DNA from: the human T2T-CHM13v2.0 reference genome, Homo sapiens
Assembly: GCF_009914755.1 (NCBI RefSeq)
Contig: NC_060925.1
Length of the DNA stretch: 64,000 nt
Strand: one strand, 5' to 3'
Shown in pieces: positions 44,507 through 57,328 of this stretch. The translations under genes were made by a program, and so were the position numbers. The notes beneath the pieces are model-generated. The model saw nothing but the letters and a program-made list of their open reading frames with translations, was not told the DNA's origin and made no database searches. Numbering within the stretch: the stretch's first letter is position 1; every line of letters begins with the position of its first letter.

Positions 44507-45320
44507 TTTATGCCTAACATATTTTACAATGAGGACCTCTTGTAGAAGATTACAGACATGATTTTTCCTTTTAGGTTTGTATCTTGCATTGTTTGTTTCA
44601 GTCCCATCCAAGCACTTAAAAAATATCAAAAGTAAAACATGTCAGATTTTATGTTGAACTGTTGCCACTCAAAGGACATTAAAATATAAAAAAGACAATA
44701 CTGAGCTATCTTGTTCGGTACTGCATCTTAGTCATTTAGGTAATCTCGTGGCCCTAAAACCAATTCAGTTTAGTGGCCTTTGTGTCATCAGCTTGCTTCT
44801 CTAGAGAACCAACCACCTCTGAAAGGTGAGAAATACGGTGGGCAAACACAATGACAAAACACCCTCAAGATAGGCAGAGAAGCCAAGAAAGCACATATTA
44901 GCACTTCGGTGATGGCTCCAGGAGGGTCCAGTGGAAGCTACAACTTGACCCTGAGCAGCAAGGGCTGTAACCTCTCTGAGTGTAAAAGGCAAGAGGAGGC
45001 CATTTGCTGTCAGCAGTGCTGTTTAACCCTCTTGAATTCGAAGACAGCTCCCCCTCCTAATTCACACGGATCTCTAAGCTCTGCTTGTTGACTTCTCATT
45101 CAGGAAATCTGGTCAGCAGCTCTACTGCTGCTCCACATAGCCTGCAGCTTGCCAAAGAGCTCGGAGCAAGCGCATGATTTAATTGTTGATAGAGGGAAAT
45201 AATGGGTATCTCTAGCAGGCTTTAATATGATCTTAAAATAGGGGGAGAGTTTTCTGTTATGACATTGACATAGAGGCGATGATTTTGAGTAATGCAGGAT
45301 GATGTGGAGATGCTTTAAGA

Positions 45321-45458
45321 TTAAATAAGAGCTATATAAAGGCTTGTCAGAATGAATTCTAATGTGCCATGAGACACTTTGCATACTCTTAAATATGCAA
45401 AATGTCTCTTGGCACCCTAGAATTCATTCTGACAAGCCTTTATATAGCACTTATTTAA
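45321..45458. repeat. Near-perfect inverted repeat, 65 bp arms and 8 nt loop
   Basis: Arms 45321-45385 and 45394-45458 are reverse complements at 60 of 65 positions with no gaps. Confidence 0.95.
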
Positions 45459-45601
45459 ACTCCGACTTTATTTTTAGGGAACAGGTACTCAGAGATACTC
45501 TTTGAATGGAAGCAACAAAGGGCAGTGTTTATCAATTTGGTTCTTTAGCGGGGGGAAAAAAAGAAACACAATACAAAAGAGCAGTCAAAAGTGGAAGCTT
45601 G

Positions 45602-45607
45602 TTTAAT
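45602..45607 (-). terminator. ESRRG: Distal polyadenylation signal ATTAAA
   Basis: Minus strand reads aatATTAAAcaagcttccacttttgactgc, then cttttgtattgtgtttcttttttt (GU/U-rich downstream element); several UGUA motifs lie upstream. Confidence 0.75.
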
Positions 45608-48600
45608 ATTGCTCTACCATCATCCTGAAAGGCATAATAATTTGAGTTACACATCTGAACTGATTGGAGTTACAGAATCATATCTCCTTTTTGCATTTAA
45701 CAATATATACAATATAAAATAAATACATTTACACAAATGGACATTTGCTGGAGCACACAGTATGGTACACATCACAAAAATATACAATTGATTGCTTTAC
45801 AGATGTGAAGCCCATCTACAGCTATAGACATGGTTTTATTATTATTATTATTATTTTTACTACTGGCTATAATGCAACTCCTGGATTATTATAAGCAGTT
45901 TAAATTTTTTGTCCTTTTACGATCTTTGCACATAAGACTGCCATAAAATGTTTTCCTAGGCAGGTAAACAGAGACGCTTAAATAATTAAAATACAATCAC
46001 CAACACCCATTTTCTCTTCTATAAGAAAAATAGCAGTTTTAAATTTTTTATATCTTTTATGTTATCATTTAAATGCAAAATAGTGGAATAAATACAACAA
46101 TCTGATCTGATTGAAACACAAGTGTAACTACAAGGAGTCACACAATCATATTGCTTTAAATAAGAACGAACCTAAAAGAAGCAAAATTAAAATTAAAATC
46201 ATATGGCTAAAACATACACCTTTATAACTTTCCAAAACTTCACATTAAGTAAATGGTCTTGCTTGAAACTTGAGAAGACTTCCCTCTAGTGAGGTTTAAG
46301 ATGAGCATTTACCCTAAAGCCCGTGCAGTTCTTTTTAAATCCACGTTTTAGTTTTATTTCCTATTTGTGAGATACTTACTCTTTTGTAATGCTGAGAGTT
46401 ACTTAAACTGAAAACTAAAAAATTGTATCTCATTCTTTGAACATATCTCCATCTCAGGTTTTCAGTTGGTTGGCTCTTACTTCTGAAGCCCAAGTACTTT
46501 AATGTGATACAGTGAAAACAATGTATATATTGTATATATTTTATTTATATATAGTGTAGTTGAATAGTAGCAACTTAAACCCTGCACAAACTTTCTGGAA
46601 AATAATCTTTTTAAACACTTACATATATAAATAATCTTATAGAATCAGCACCTTTTTTCCCAGGAGTTGTATTTTCTGTTGTTATTTTTAAAGGGATGTG
46701 CCAATTTCTGAACTCCTATCACAGCTATAAATTTCAAGTTATTGACCATCTGAATGAATTGCTAATGATGATTTATCTAGAATCACACTACAGTCACTTC
46801 TCTACTGAGAAACCACAATCTACAATATAGTCCCATATAGCTAATGATAGATACACAGTATTCCTAGCACTGGGTTGATGTTTCATCAACCCAAGGTATT
46901 TTGTTTAAAGCACACAAAGTAGCAATAGTTTTGGAAACGAATCTGCACCAAAAAGTTTTGCAACAACACAGAGCGAGTTAATAACAACATCTGAGAGATG
47001 ATTGAGTGAAAGCCATATATACAGCATTTAAAAATTAGACTTATCTATATTCTTGAAATATTCAAAGTTTTATTTCTAAGCTATACATTGGTATTCTATA
47101 ATAAACCATTAGAGAAATTATTCCTTGTTTTGAAAATATTATTATGATTTTGATGTGTATCTGTTCATAATGAATACTTGTTTGGAGTTTCAATCTCTTA
47201 ATTATTATTAGGAAGAACCTTATTACTGGTAAGGAATAGAATATACTACTGTAGTCTCCTGAGGAATTGTACATCCAATATTGTCTCTAATTCTACCCTG
47301 TGTCTAAAAGCACACACCACAAGAATCCAAACACCACAAGAACAAGACAACAGTCTTTGAATGCAACATAAAATTCAGAAAAGCACAGCAAACATGAAAC
47401 ATTGAAAAGCTGAACTACATTTCTTTTGTTTGTTAGGATTACAATTTTAATTACATCTGTGTACATAGAATAAGACTGTTCACATAATACAGGGAGCAGC
47501 TACTAACACTGGTCCATTGGTATAGCATTTGATGGAGGTTACTGTTTATTGGTTATTCAGCGACTGTAGATTTCGGGGCATCTAATTGATTTCTTCATTA
47601 GATTACACCTCTTAACAGTCTGGAACCTGACTTGACTTTCATGCTGTGACAATACTGGTTGAAAAGCACATATATTGGCTTAGCTCTTGGTAAAAACTGC
47701 AGATTAATTTAAACGAACATTCCTAAATGAATAAACTTATATGGATTAGGTTTTAGAATTTGGTCAGGCATTTTCTGTCTTTGATGATTTTTTTTTTTAA
47801 TTCTGGCATTTGCCTTATTGCCTCTTAAATGAATACTGGCTCACAGCTCCTTCTGAGGCAAGGTCTGTGACTTTGCAAACAGGCAGTATCACATTCCTAA
47901 CCACCATGGCAGCTAGAAATCATATGGCAATTGTACCTCCCAAGTAGAGAGGTGCACTCCTGACAATTCTACGGATCTATATCTCATGTGCAGTGCTTAT
48001 ATATGTGACTACTCAGAGTCACTGTAGGTGTAATCTCATCCTTTGTGTCAGTGAACATTTAGGTAAACTGGAGCTCATGTTAAGAAATTGATGTTTGGGA
48101 CCAGACTGGCACACAACATAAATTGCATCCGTGATAATATGCACCTTCCCTTCAACTATTGCTTGAGTAAGTTAAATTCCCATATTAATAAATGGCTGAA
48201 AAGTGGTAAAGCTGGTACAAAAAAATCTCCATTTGTAAGAAGAAACAAAACATTTTTAAAAATCTTCCTTCAGGATTCATTTGTCCTTCATTATTGTTCG
48301 TAATTGTTCAAAGCCAGCACAAAATTGCAGTATTCTTATTTCTCTTTAGTATTGCATGAATGAATAAAGCTTAAACTATTCCCTGAAAAAGTTACATAGT
48401 AGCTAAACTAACAAATACCTGGAAGACTTGAAAAAACAATTAAGGAATCAAATGGCTGTAACTGATCTAGATGGAAAAGCAATGATAAGAAGCAGCCGAT
48501 GCAACGTTGCTTAAGTTGTCTAATTAGAGGCTGCTCCCATGAAATCTAATACTGCACTCAGTCAATTTGTATATGTTGCACTGTACTTTTAGGAACGTTG

Positions 48601-48744
48601 GTTCTCTCTCTTTGATTCCTTAGTCATTGGGGACAGTATGGTTCACAATAAGTTCACTGGCATCCATATTATGGATCTCCATCCTTTGGCAGGGCTGGCT
48701 TCCATCTCTCTTCAGTTAGAGACCTCTTTTAAAAGTTCAGCAGC

Positions 48745-49095
48745 AGAAGGAAGAAAAAGAAAGATGGAAAGAAGGTCAAGAGGAAAGGAAAGGAAAGGGA
48801 AAAGGAAAGGGAAAAAGGAAAGAAAGGGAAAGGAAAGGGGGAAGGGAGGATTTTTTTTTAAACTAAAGCTATTTCAAATTTAGAAAAAAGGGGAAGGATG
48901 AGAAAAGAGAGGAATGAGAGTAGGTAAAGAAAAGAAAGAAGGCAGGCAGACGGGAAGAAAATAAAGGAGAATGGGAACTAGGAATGAAAGAAGCAAAGAA
49001 ATAAGGGAGGTGAAAGAAGAAAAGGAGAAAAAATAAAGAGAAAGAGAAATGTGGGAAGAAAGAGGAAAGAAGATGATGGAGAAAGTAGAAAGAAA
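48745..49095 (-). repeat. Low-complexity CU-rich tract in the proximal 3'UTR
   Basis: About 350 nt of mostly A/G on the plus strand. Confidence 0.85.
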
Positions 49096-49272
49096 CTCAT
49101 CAGGAACCTATGGAGGAATCTGAAAGCTGCTTCATAGTCTTGCTGCTAAATTATCAGTGCAGTCTGTTGATTTTTGATGTTGTTAACTAAACTCTAAGTT
49201 TCTTCGACATCACTCTTGGGTTTATTTTCCCTTTTTCAACATGAAGGATGGGAAGGCCCAGGGAGCTTTTAG

Positions 49273-49517
49273 TCAGACCTTGGCCTCCAACATTTCCAAA
49301 AAAAGTTTGTGCATTGGGACTTTGCCTTCTAGTTTGATGTTGTAGAAATGCTGCACGGCCTTGGTAGAGGTCTGCCTCAGGAGTGGCAGTGTCATCAGCA
49401 TCTTGCCAGCTCGACGAGGGTCTTCCATGTGCTGGCCAGCTTCATAATCCTGCAGCGCTTCATGTAAGACATCCTGAAGCTTCTGAACGGCTTCAACATC
49501 TTCTATGTGCATGGAGT
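49273..49517 (-). CDS. ESRRG: ESRRG last coding exon (ligand-binding domain C-terminus, AF-2)
   Basis: (D)[48 protein letters not shown]...[11 protein letters not shown]; acceptor cttcattgcacAG ending at 49518; phase matches the upstream exon (G|AC = Asp). Confidence 0.98.
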
Positions 49518-52500
49518 CTGTGCAATGAAGCAAAAGATATGAGTAATTATAATAATAATAGCAAACCTATGTAGACTAGAGTTATAAAATTAGTTATTAA
49601 TTTAATTATTTTTGAACTTCTCTGAGCTTGAACCTATGATTTGTTCAGAGTCTTGCATTTCTACAATCTCTATTTCTTTCCAAATTTCCCTACATAATTT
49701 CTAATACTAGCTTAGAAAATGGGAATTATTAGAAAAGATCTATGATTTAAAATGTGTATTTTTCTTTCTCAGGCTGAGCAAGAGAAGGCTTTCTTTTAAC
49801 AGATTACAGTCTTGACTATTTTATTCATTGTCTCATCCAGGTATATATTCATTCACTCAATAAACAACCACGGAAGGCCATCTATTGAAAGTATTATCTT
49901 AGTGCTGTGTGGGGGAAGGTTGTTTAAAATTCTGATCTTGCCTGGAAAAGCCAATATTTCCCAAACAGGGGAAAAAATTGTTGACTAAGATTCTAAGAAC
50001 TCCATGTGACTACATTGAATCTAGCACTATACAGAAATCACAATAAATTATTTATCCTTTCAGGATGTTTAATGTTCTAGTATCAGTTGATTAAAGCATC
50101 CTTACAGAGTCTACTTCCCTGATGAAAAACAAATGGTGTCTTCAGATCACTGAGTTCTGAAATATTTTTCGCATTTGTAAAGGTGAACTTTGCCCTTAAA
50201 TGAATAATTTGAAAATCTAATTCAATCAAGCAAAGAAAGGGTTAACAAGGTTGCCAAATTATTCTTGTGAGAAATGTGAGATGTGGGGAAAAAATAAAAG
50301 TTACAGCTCCAGCTCTAAAGCAGACACTTAATTATATACAAGTTTGAATCATTTAGCACGTTTTATTGATTCTGATGACAGTTTATCTGTTAATTACACA
50401 TAATGGAGTCTTTGGGGGATTCTTCATGTTTAATAATTCTAGTTCTCTGAGAATGCTGAGCTCTAAGATATATGTAGTTAGCCTAATCTTTCATACAATT
50501 CAAACATAGATCACATGAACAAAAAGAGAGGGAATGTAATTTAAAATCAAGTGGCTAAATATATAATAAAAATGAAATATGGCAAACTAATTAAAAGATA
50601 ACCAGTAGCATGTCTTAAAAATTTATTTGTATTTTGTTTAGTGTTTTTTTCACTTACATTGTCATTTTGAATCATTCCACCATATCACTGGTGAACTGAC
50701 CACTATTTACATTAGGTAGTTTAATGACACCTCTTTAAAAAATTTTTGAATAATCTGGAATAAAGTTGCTTATAAGTATTTACTGCTCAAGACTCAATTT
50801 CTGCCTGGCAGAGCAAAAAGAAGGAATTTTTCCAAGTGGGAAATAGCATTGATAGTGGTTCCCTGGAGCGGGACTCAAGTCACTCCCCAACATACGCCTG
50901 GCCTTTCCCTGTGGATTGTTTCTACCCAGCTTCTCTCCAGTCTGGTTCCTCTCAGCATGGCAATCTCATCCACCTCCTATGGTGCTGTCTCTTAGAAACA
51001 AACACACATAATTTCTAAAGTTGTCTAGGGGTTGGTAATCTTAGGGACAGAAAAACATTCATAGAGATGATGGCAACATGATCTGATATTCTTTCTCTCT
51101 ATTTTTGCACTTAAATGCTACCTGAAGGAAAAATGGGAGGTATGGGGAAACACTATGGTGAGTCTCTAGATACACAAAAGACTGCAATATGGACCTTGTG
51201 CATAAGGGAACAGAGATGAGTTGGATTTTCCCAACTTATCCTGGGTCTAATAATTAGCTCTCTACATGAAAACAGAGTAATAGATGGAAGGAGAAAATGG
51301 GAATTACACTCTGCAGTGACAAAACAAACGAAATAACTATTTTCCAACTAGACCAAAAACACACCAGAATAAAAATAATACATTTACCATTTATTAAGCA
51401 CCTATTTCAGGTGAACATGGCCTCATTTTACCTCCCCAAGCCCTAGAAGACACGTGGCACTGGTAATATGTGTCAGACACAGGTTTAAATTCAGGATTCT
51501 TCAAATCAATAATGCTGCTAGAATGTAGAACACTAAATTTGCATTCCCTTAAAAATTGGGATGAATTGTCCTCTAAACACATCCTATTCAAACTCCTATC
51601 TTCATCAGCTGTCTTCTTTACAACATTCTTAATGAAGACATTGCCAGTTGTATGAAAAGTATGTAGAGTATTCTCCTTGATAAGAGGCAAAACTAATTAT
51701 TATGAATTTCCTCTTTAAATTTTCCTAAATCTGTCTCCAAATTCTATCATTTGGTCCTGTTTCTAATTACTAGAACAATACAGGATAAATTTCCTTTTTC
51801 TACATGGCATATCTTTAAGTGCTTGAAGTCAGCTGCACAGTTACCTCGGCCCTACCCATAGTCTTGCCTTTCCCACTACTCTTGCCCAGCAGGAGATATA
51901 TTATAGGATGTCATGGGAAATGAGACAAGAACAAATAGCAGAGAGATATGCTCACAAACAGCAATTAAGATTTCAAACTATTCTTTCAAGGCTGTGATTT
52001 AGCATGAGAGATTTAAAAATGATTTAATCAAATTACTATGATAATTTAACTTCCCATTTATAGAAAAGATTCTAACTCATTTTAGCTTTACCCATTCTCG
52101 GATCTGCTAATACTTTAAATGCAAACTCACTAAATTTGAACTATTTAATTAGACAATGATTCAGCTGGCAGACTGCTGAAGAAAATATTAATCTCCATTA
52201 GGGATCCTAGTTCAAGTTCTGGATCTGTGGTTTTAATCTCTGTTTTGTTCTTTTGGTTAAATTTACACGTTGACACCAGGCTCAATAGAACTGGCATTAA
52301 TGTATGTAATTTATTTTGTTTTCATTGTTCATGCTGGTTTCTTTTTAACTATGCTTTAAAGGAAATATTCCTAGTATTTGTGCTAATAGGAACCAGCTAA
52401 ACTTAATGGATATCATAAGTTTATGAACTAACTAGACAGGACTAGGCTACATATTAAAAACAATGGGCGAGCTCTTAAAAATCTTGGATACTGGGCCCAA

Positions 52501-52937
52501 GTCTAGATCTATGAAGTAAGAGACCAGAACTAGGACATCAGCATTGCTGAAAATCTAGGTAGTTCTACTGCCAAGCCAGGATTAAGAACTACTACTGAAT
52601 TAGACAATAAGACAAGCAAATACTATTCTAAAAGAATAAATATTTCAAAAGATAACCAGAGTGTATATGAAACACATATTATTGCCCACATATTAAGTCT
52701 AACACCTAATAATAAAATAGAACTTTATCAAAACTTCCAATATTTTACTCTGTGAAAGAGATCCTAAAAAAATGTGTCTAGTTCAGATCATTTACTTTGG
52801 GAAGATAGCTAAATATCATCATCCTTGCAGCTGCAAATTGAATAAGACAGAGCCACTGAAAAAGAAGATTTTATTTTTATATCTTCCCTTGAATAAAATA
52901 CTGCCCTTCTCTATGTTAGAAAATATTAATCATTGTG

Positions 52938-53219
52938 GGCCAGGTGCGGTGGCTCACGCCTGTAATCCAAGCACTTTGGGAGGCCGAGGCAGGCAGATCA
53001 CGAGGTCAGGAGATCGAGACCATCCTGGCTAACACCGTGAAACCCCGTCTCTACTAAAAATACAAAAAATTAGCCGGGCGTAGTGGTGGGCGCCTGCAGT
53101 CCCAGCTACTCGGGAGGCTGAGGCATGAACCCGGGAGGCGGAGATGGCAGTGAGCTGAGATCGCGCCACTGCACTCCAGCCTGGGCGACAGAGCCAGACT
53201 CCGTCTCAAAAAAAAAAGA
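52938..53219 (+). mobile_element. AluY with an 11 nt internal deletion, antisense within the ESRRG intron
   Basis: AluY diagnostics; aggagaatggc missing at ~53124; 20 bp TSD agaaaa(t/c)attaatcattgtg. Confidence 0.93.
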
Positions 53220-53999
53220 AGAAAACATTAATCATTGTGTGCACAGACATAGCTACTCCAAAATACCTAAGTCCTGCTTGGGAACTTTCTTCTGGACTTT
53301 TAGACCATTCTTGGCAATACTTTCTCAAGAGTGCCAAATCTCATTTTGAGTATGGAATTGAATATTAGATACAGGCACAGTATATTCAGAGTCGAGCCTA
53401 GTATATAACATAAACCAACAGTCAGTGTAAACTTTTCTGTGAAACGCAGGACTTGATTTTCTTTGATGTTTGTGAACTGCCTACATAAAGATGGGTAGTA
53501 AGGAAAGGGTGAATGGGACTCTCTCCAATCATTGAATGAATGAAACAGAATGTCATGGAAAGAATAGAGAAGTGGAAAAAGGTCTATTTTCTAAAAGATA
53601 CTTTGTATCTTTAAATTTCCATATGCCATATATATGCCACCTAACAGAGTGGTTCTTCGGGTAGCAATTGGCTAGGGTACTGAGGAACACTGGTTGATTG
53701 CCATGTCAAATGGACTTTAAGTTAACAGAGATGGTAGAATTTTTTTAACCTCTCCAAATGATCACATAAACAACAACAACAACAACAACAACAAACAGAG
53801 CAACTACATGACAAAACTAAAAATTCAGGGACATTTACAGAAAAACTAGGTGACAGGGTATTCCCAAAATATACATAAATTCACACACACACACACACAG
53901 ACAAATACACAATGAGGTCTATGTGTGTCTGCATCCCCAGCTCCGTACTTATGTAGGCAGATGATGTTGGCCTAGGAAGAATGGCCAACCCTGGAAGGC

Positions 54000-55010
54000 A
54001 CCTTGAGTGCCCAGGTTGTAATCTGATTCTAGGCTTCAGCCAGAAAATATTTAAAATGAACATGGAATATTTTGTCACACCGAATAGAAAGGATATTATC
54101 TAGAACTACGAGGTATTCAAAAAGATTTCAGAAGCCAACCCGAAGAGGTTCCCACTGAAAAAAATGGGACAATTTGGGCTTCAAAAAGGATTATAATTGC
54201 AACTGATTGAAATCCATTAAATATGTTTGAGTACATGTGTTTATAATTTTTTTCAATAGGACACCAATTATTTACTCTGAAAGCTGCTAAATAAAGAGAA
54301 ATAATCAAGCATTTATACTACTTTTCCTAAACAAATTGTAACACTGGTAACCAAATAAGAGATAAGAGAAAGCATTACTTTATACATATCCCACCTACTG
54401 AATGAAAAAAGAGAAGAAAAACAACAAAATTACAAATCACTGTTTTTCAGCCCCCAGTGATTAATAAATTTAGGTAATGAACGTCAACAGTTGCTAACAT
54501 CACAAAAAGAGACAGAAACAAACATTATGTATCTTGCAATGAACAATACATCACTTATAGGTGCCATAGGGATAGAACCTGAGTCTGATTAAGTCTCGGG
54601 ATCCAGTAGCCAATTTGCACAAAATGCAAAGGGCAGAAAAAACATGATGAACTTCTCCAAGACTATGCAATCTTCAAAATCCAGACACTGGAAAACCATG
54701 TACATCAAATGCCCTGGCATCTTCAACTAATAAATTGTAGGAAAAATAAAATGAAGGAGGAACTTTGGAGTACAGACTTAAAAATTCATCCATAATTTTT
54801 TTATGGGTAAATGAGCAAGACTAAATTGTAGTAACTAAGTATACACATTTATTTAAAAAAACTATAATAAAATAAAAGGAAGTGATGACTATAAAACTCA
54901 GGATAGGATAGTGATTACTTTTGTGGGAAGGGAAGGGGCTGAGATAGGAACAAGACACTTGAAGGGCTTTCAGGGGTTACGTTACAAGTTTTATTCTTGA
55001 CCTTGCTTAT
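54000..55010 (+). mobile_element. Old L1MC/L1MD-type 3' fragment
   Basis: A-rich sequence with aacctgagtctgattaagtctcgggatcca and ggatagtgattacttttgtgggaaggg, typical of old L1M 3' ends. Confidence 0.5.
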
Positions 55011-55019
55011 GTACTTATC

Positions 55020-55485
55020 GTGGTAGGCTGAAAAATGGCCCTGAAGATATTCAGGTCCTAATATCTAGTATCTGTGAATGTTACCTGCTATGGCAAAATG
55101 AACTTTGTAGATGTGATTAAGTTAAGGACCCTGATATGGGAGATTATCCTAGATTATTCAGGTGGGCCCTCAATGAAAGCAAGTGTCCTTGGAAGCAAAG
55201 GAAGAAGAAGGCAATGTTACCACTGAGGCAAAATGCTACTGCTGGCTTTAAAGACGGAGGAGGGTGCTCAGCACCAAGGAATTCAGGCCCAGGAGCTGGA
55301 AAAGGTCATGGAAACGGATTCTTCCCTAGAGTCTCCAGAGGGAGTGAAAACCTGTCCATACATTGTCTTACACCTAGTGAAACTGATCGACGTTTGACAT
55401 CCAGAACTGTAAGAGAATAAATATGTGTCATTTAAAGCCATCAAGTTATGGTCATTTGTCAATGTAGCATAAGAAACTCATATAC
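55020..55485 (+). mobile_element. MLT1 (ERVL-MaLR) solo LTR
   Basis: tggtaggctgaaaaatggccc...ctttgtagatgtgattaagttaagg...ccagaactgtaagagaataaatatgtgtcatttaaagcca. Confidence 0.8.
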
Positions 55486-57292
55486 TCGTTAAGGTCTATA
55501 TTTTTATGTGTTTTTGTGTTTTCTTTTGCATTAAAATGATATAGATAAAAAGAGAGAGAGAAAGAAATTTCTGGTGGATGGTCTCTTCTAGAAAGTAATG
55601 AATCAAGCAGAATTCTTTGGCGGCTGTAGAAACAGGTGGCAGAAATATCAAGGAAGCCTTTCACATATCAAGTAGGGAGCTGAATCAAAAAAATGTTTAG
55701 GTTTCTTCCAACCCAGAAATCTTATGATTTTAAAATCGAAAATAGTAATAATAATTCTGATTTTTCTGCTTAACCATGGTGACAATAATATAACTTTCCA
55801 TGTCAGAGCTCTCCATTAAGATACTGTTAGTTTTTTTAGAAGGCCTGTTTTCCTTATTTCTTGCTGTGGCTAAAAAGCTAGTTTTCTTTGACATTTACAC
55901 CAGCCACACAAATCACTCTGACTGTATTTATATAAAATGTTGAACCACAGAAAACCTCCATGGTCGTGGTTGTAGTTTCTTTCCTTCAGGCTTCTTACAA
56001 GTCCCAAATTACTATTAATATTGTTATGTTTACCTTGCATAATGGGATTTACCTGCTAGGTCTTTTCTATTTTTCTATAATTACTTAAGGCCTTCCATCT
56101 CTCTCTCCATATCTTACACTTTTCCAGGGGGTTTTTAACTCATTTTGCTACAAGTCATAAAGACAATTATAGTATACTGGGTAAGTGAATGTTGATATCA
56201 ATTTGGGTGGTGAATAGTTCAACATTTCAAAACATCATAGATGATCTGCACCATGCTAATGACGTTTTGTAACAGAGCTCATTATCTTATGCTATAATCA
56301 TTTCCTGGAAATAAGCAACTGCAGAGTATTTTATGTGCTTATTGCCCAGGTAATAAGCACATATTACCCAGGTATTTACTCAGGTAAATACCTTTGGAAG
56401 GCCAAAGCTATTTGCAGCAAATATTTCTGATACTATGCCAAGACACAGTGACCATTGAACATGAAAAGAAATATTTAAGAGCCAGCTTTTATGTTTTTTA
56501 CCTAAAAATTGCAATACTGTAATATGTTTAAAATTTAAGGGTTGTATTAAATTTAAAAAACTCACTTCCAAAATATCTTATTCTAAATAGAATTAAAATA
56601 ATCCAGTAAAGGCAGCCTTGAATAAAAACCAATGAAAAGTAAACTAAGAGATGAAAAGTTATAATTTTGATTTCTTATTTACCTGATAGTATTACTTATG
56701 GTTTGTTCTGGGTAAAAATTAGGAACAAAGCTCTACCTGCCACACAAAGCTTACATATATTCATTTCTCATAAAATGTTATAATTTCTTGGTAAACATTT
56801 CATGTTCAATTTTGTCACTTTCTTGGGTAGTTTTATACTCCTCTAACTCCAAGAAGATGGCAAGATAAAGGAAGTGGGCATGAAATTCTCAATCAAATTA
56901 AAAATACTAATTTAGGCTCCCAGATGTGAAATTGTAATGGGTAAAGTCTTCTGCATTAATCCTTTTAGAAACATGTATATAATTATTTGTGGAATAGAAA
57001 TAGCTCATTGATAGCAAAGGACAGAAGGTCCCACCTTCTGCCTCATAATAGCCATGCATGATTATCAGCTTTCTTCGCATACCTGTGAAATAGTACTGGA
57101 CATGCCTACTGCACAGGCATGTTGTGGGAATCAAATAAGATTCCCTAGAAGAAGCTTAAAAAAGGAAATGTCTACAGAAAGATTCTGAAAAAGGATAATC
57201 TCTTGACCAGCAGCTAAAACTATCTCCAGAATATCAAATCAACTAATTTAGTCAAAATTTTGTAAAACTGGCTAAGGCCCAGTTTTACTTTA

Positions 57293-57328
57293 TACACACA
57301 CACACACACACACACACACAACACACAC
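57293..57328 (+). repeat. (CA)n microsatellite
   Basis: Read directly. Confidence 0.9.

Larger units (their letters stand above)
45580..49272 (-). other. ESRRG: ESRRG 3'UTR (~3.7 kb; 3' end approximate)
   Basis: Transposon-free, AU-rich stretch from the stop codon to an ATTAAA signal with a downstream GU/U-rich element; consistent with the known long ESRRG 3'UTR. Confidence 0.8.

Noticed and set aside
49518-49533. N-terminal MLHCT of the 86 aa ORF (and MICPSFHA of the 119 aa ORF)
   Set aside because: Intronic sequence upstream of the splice acceptors, not real start codons.
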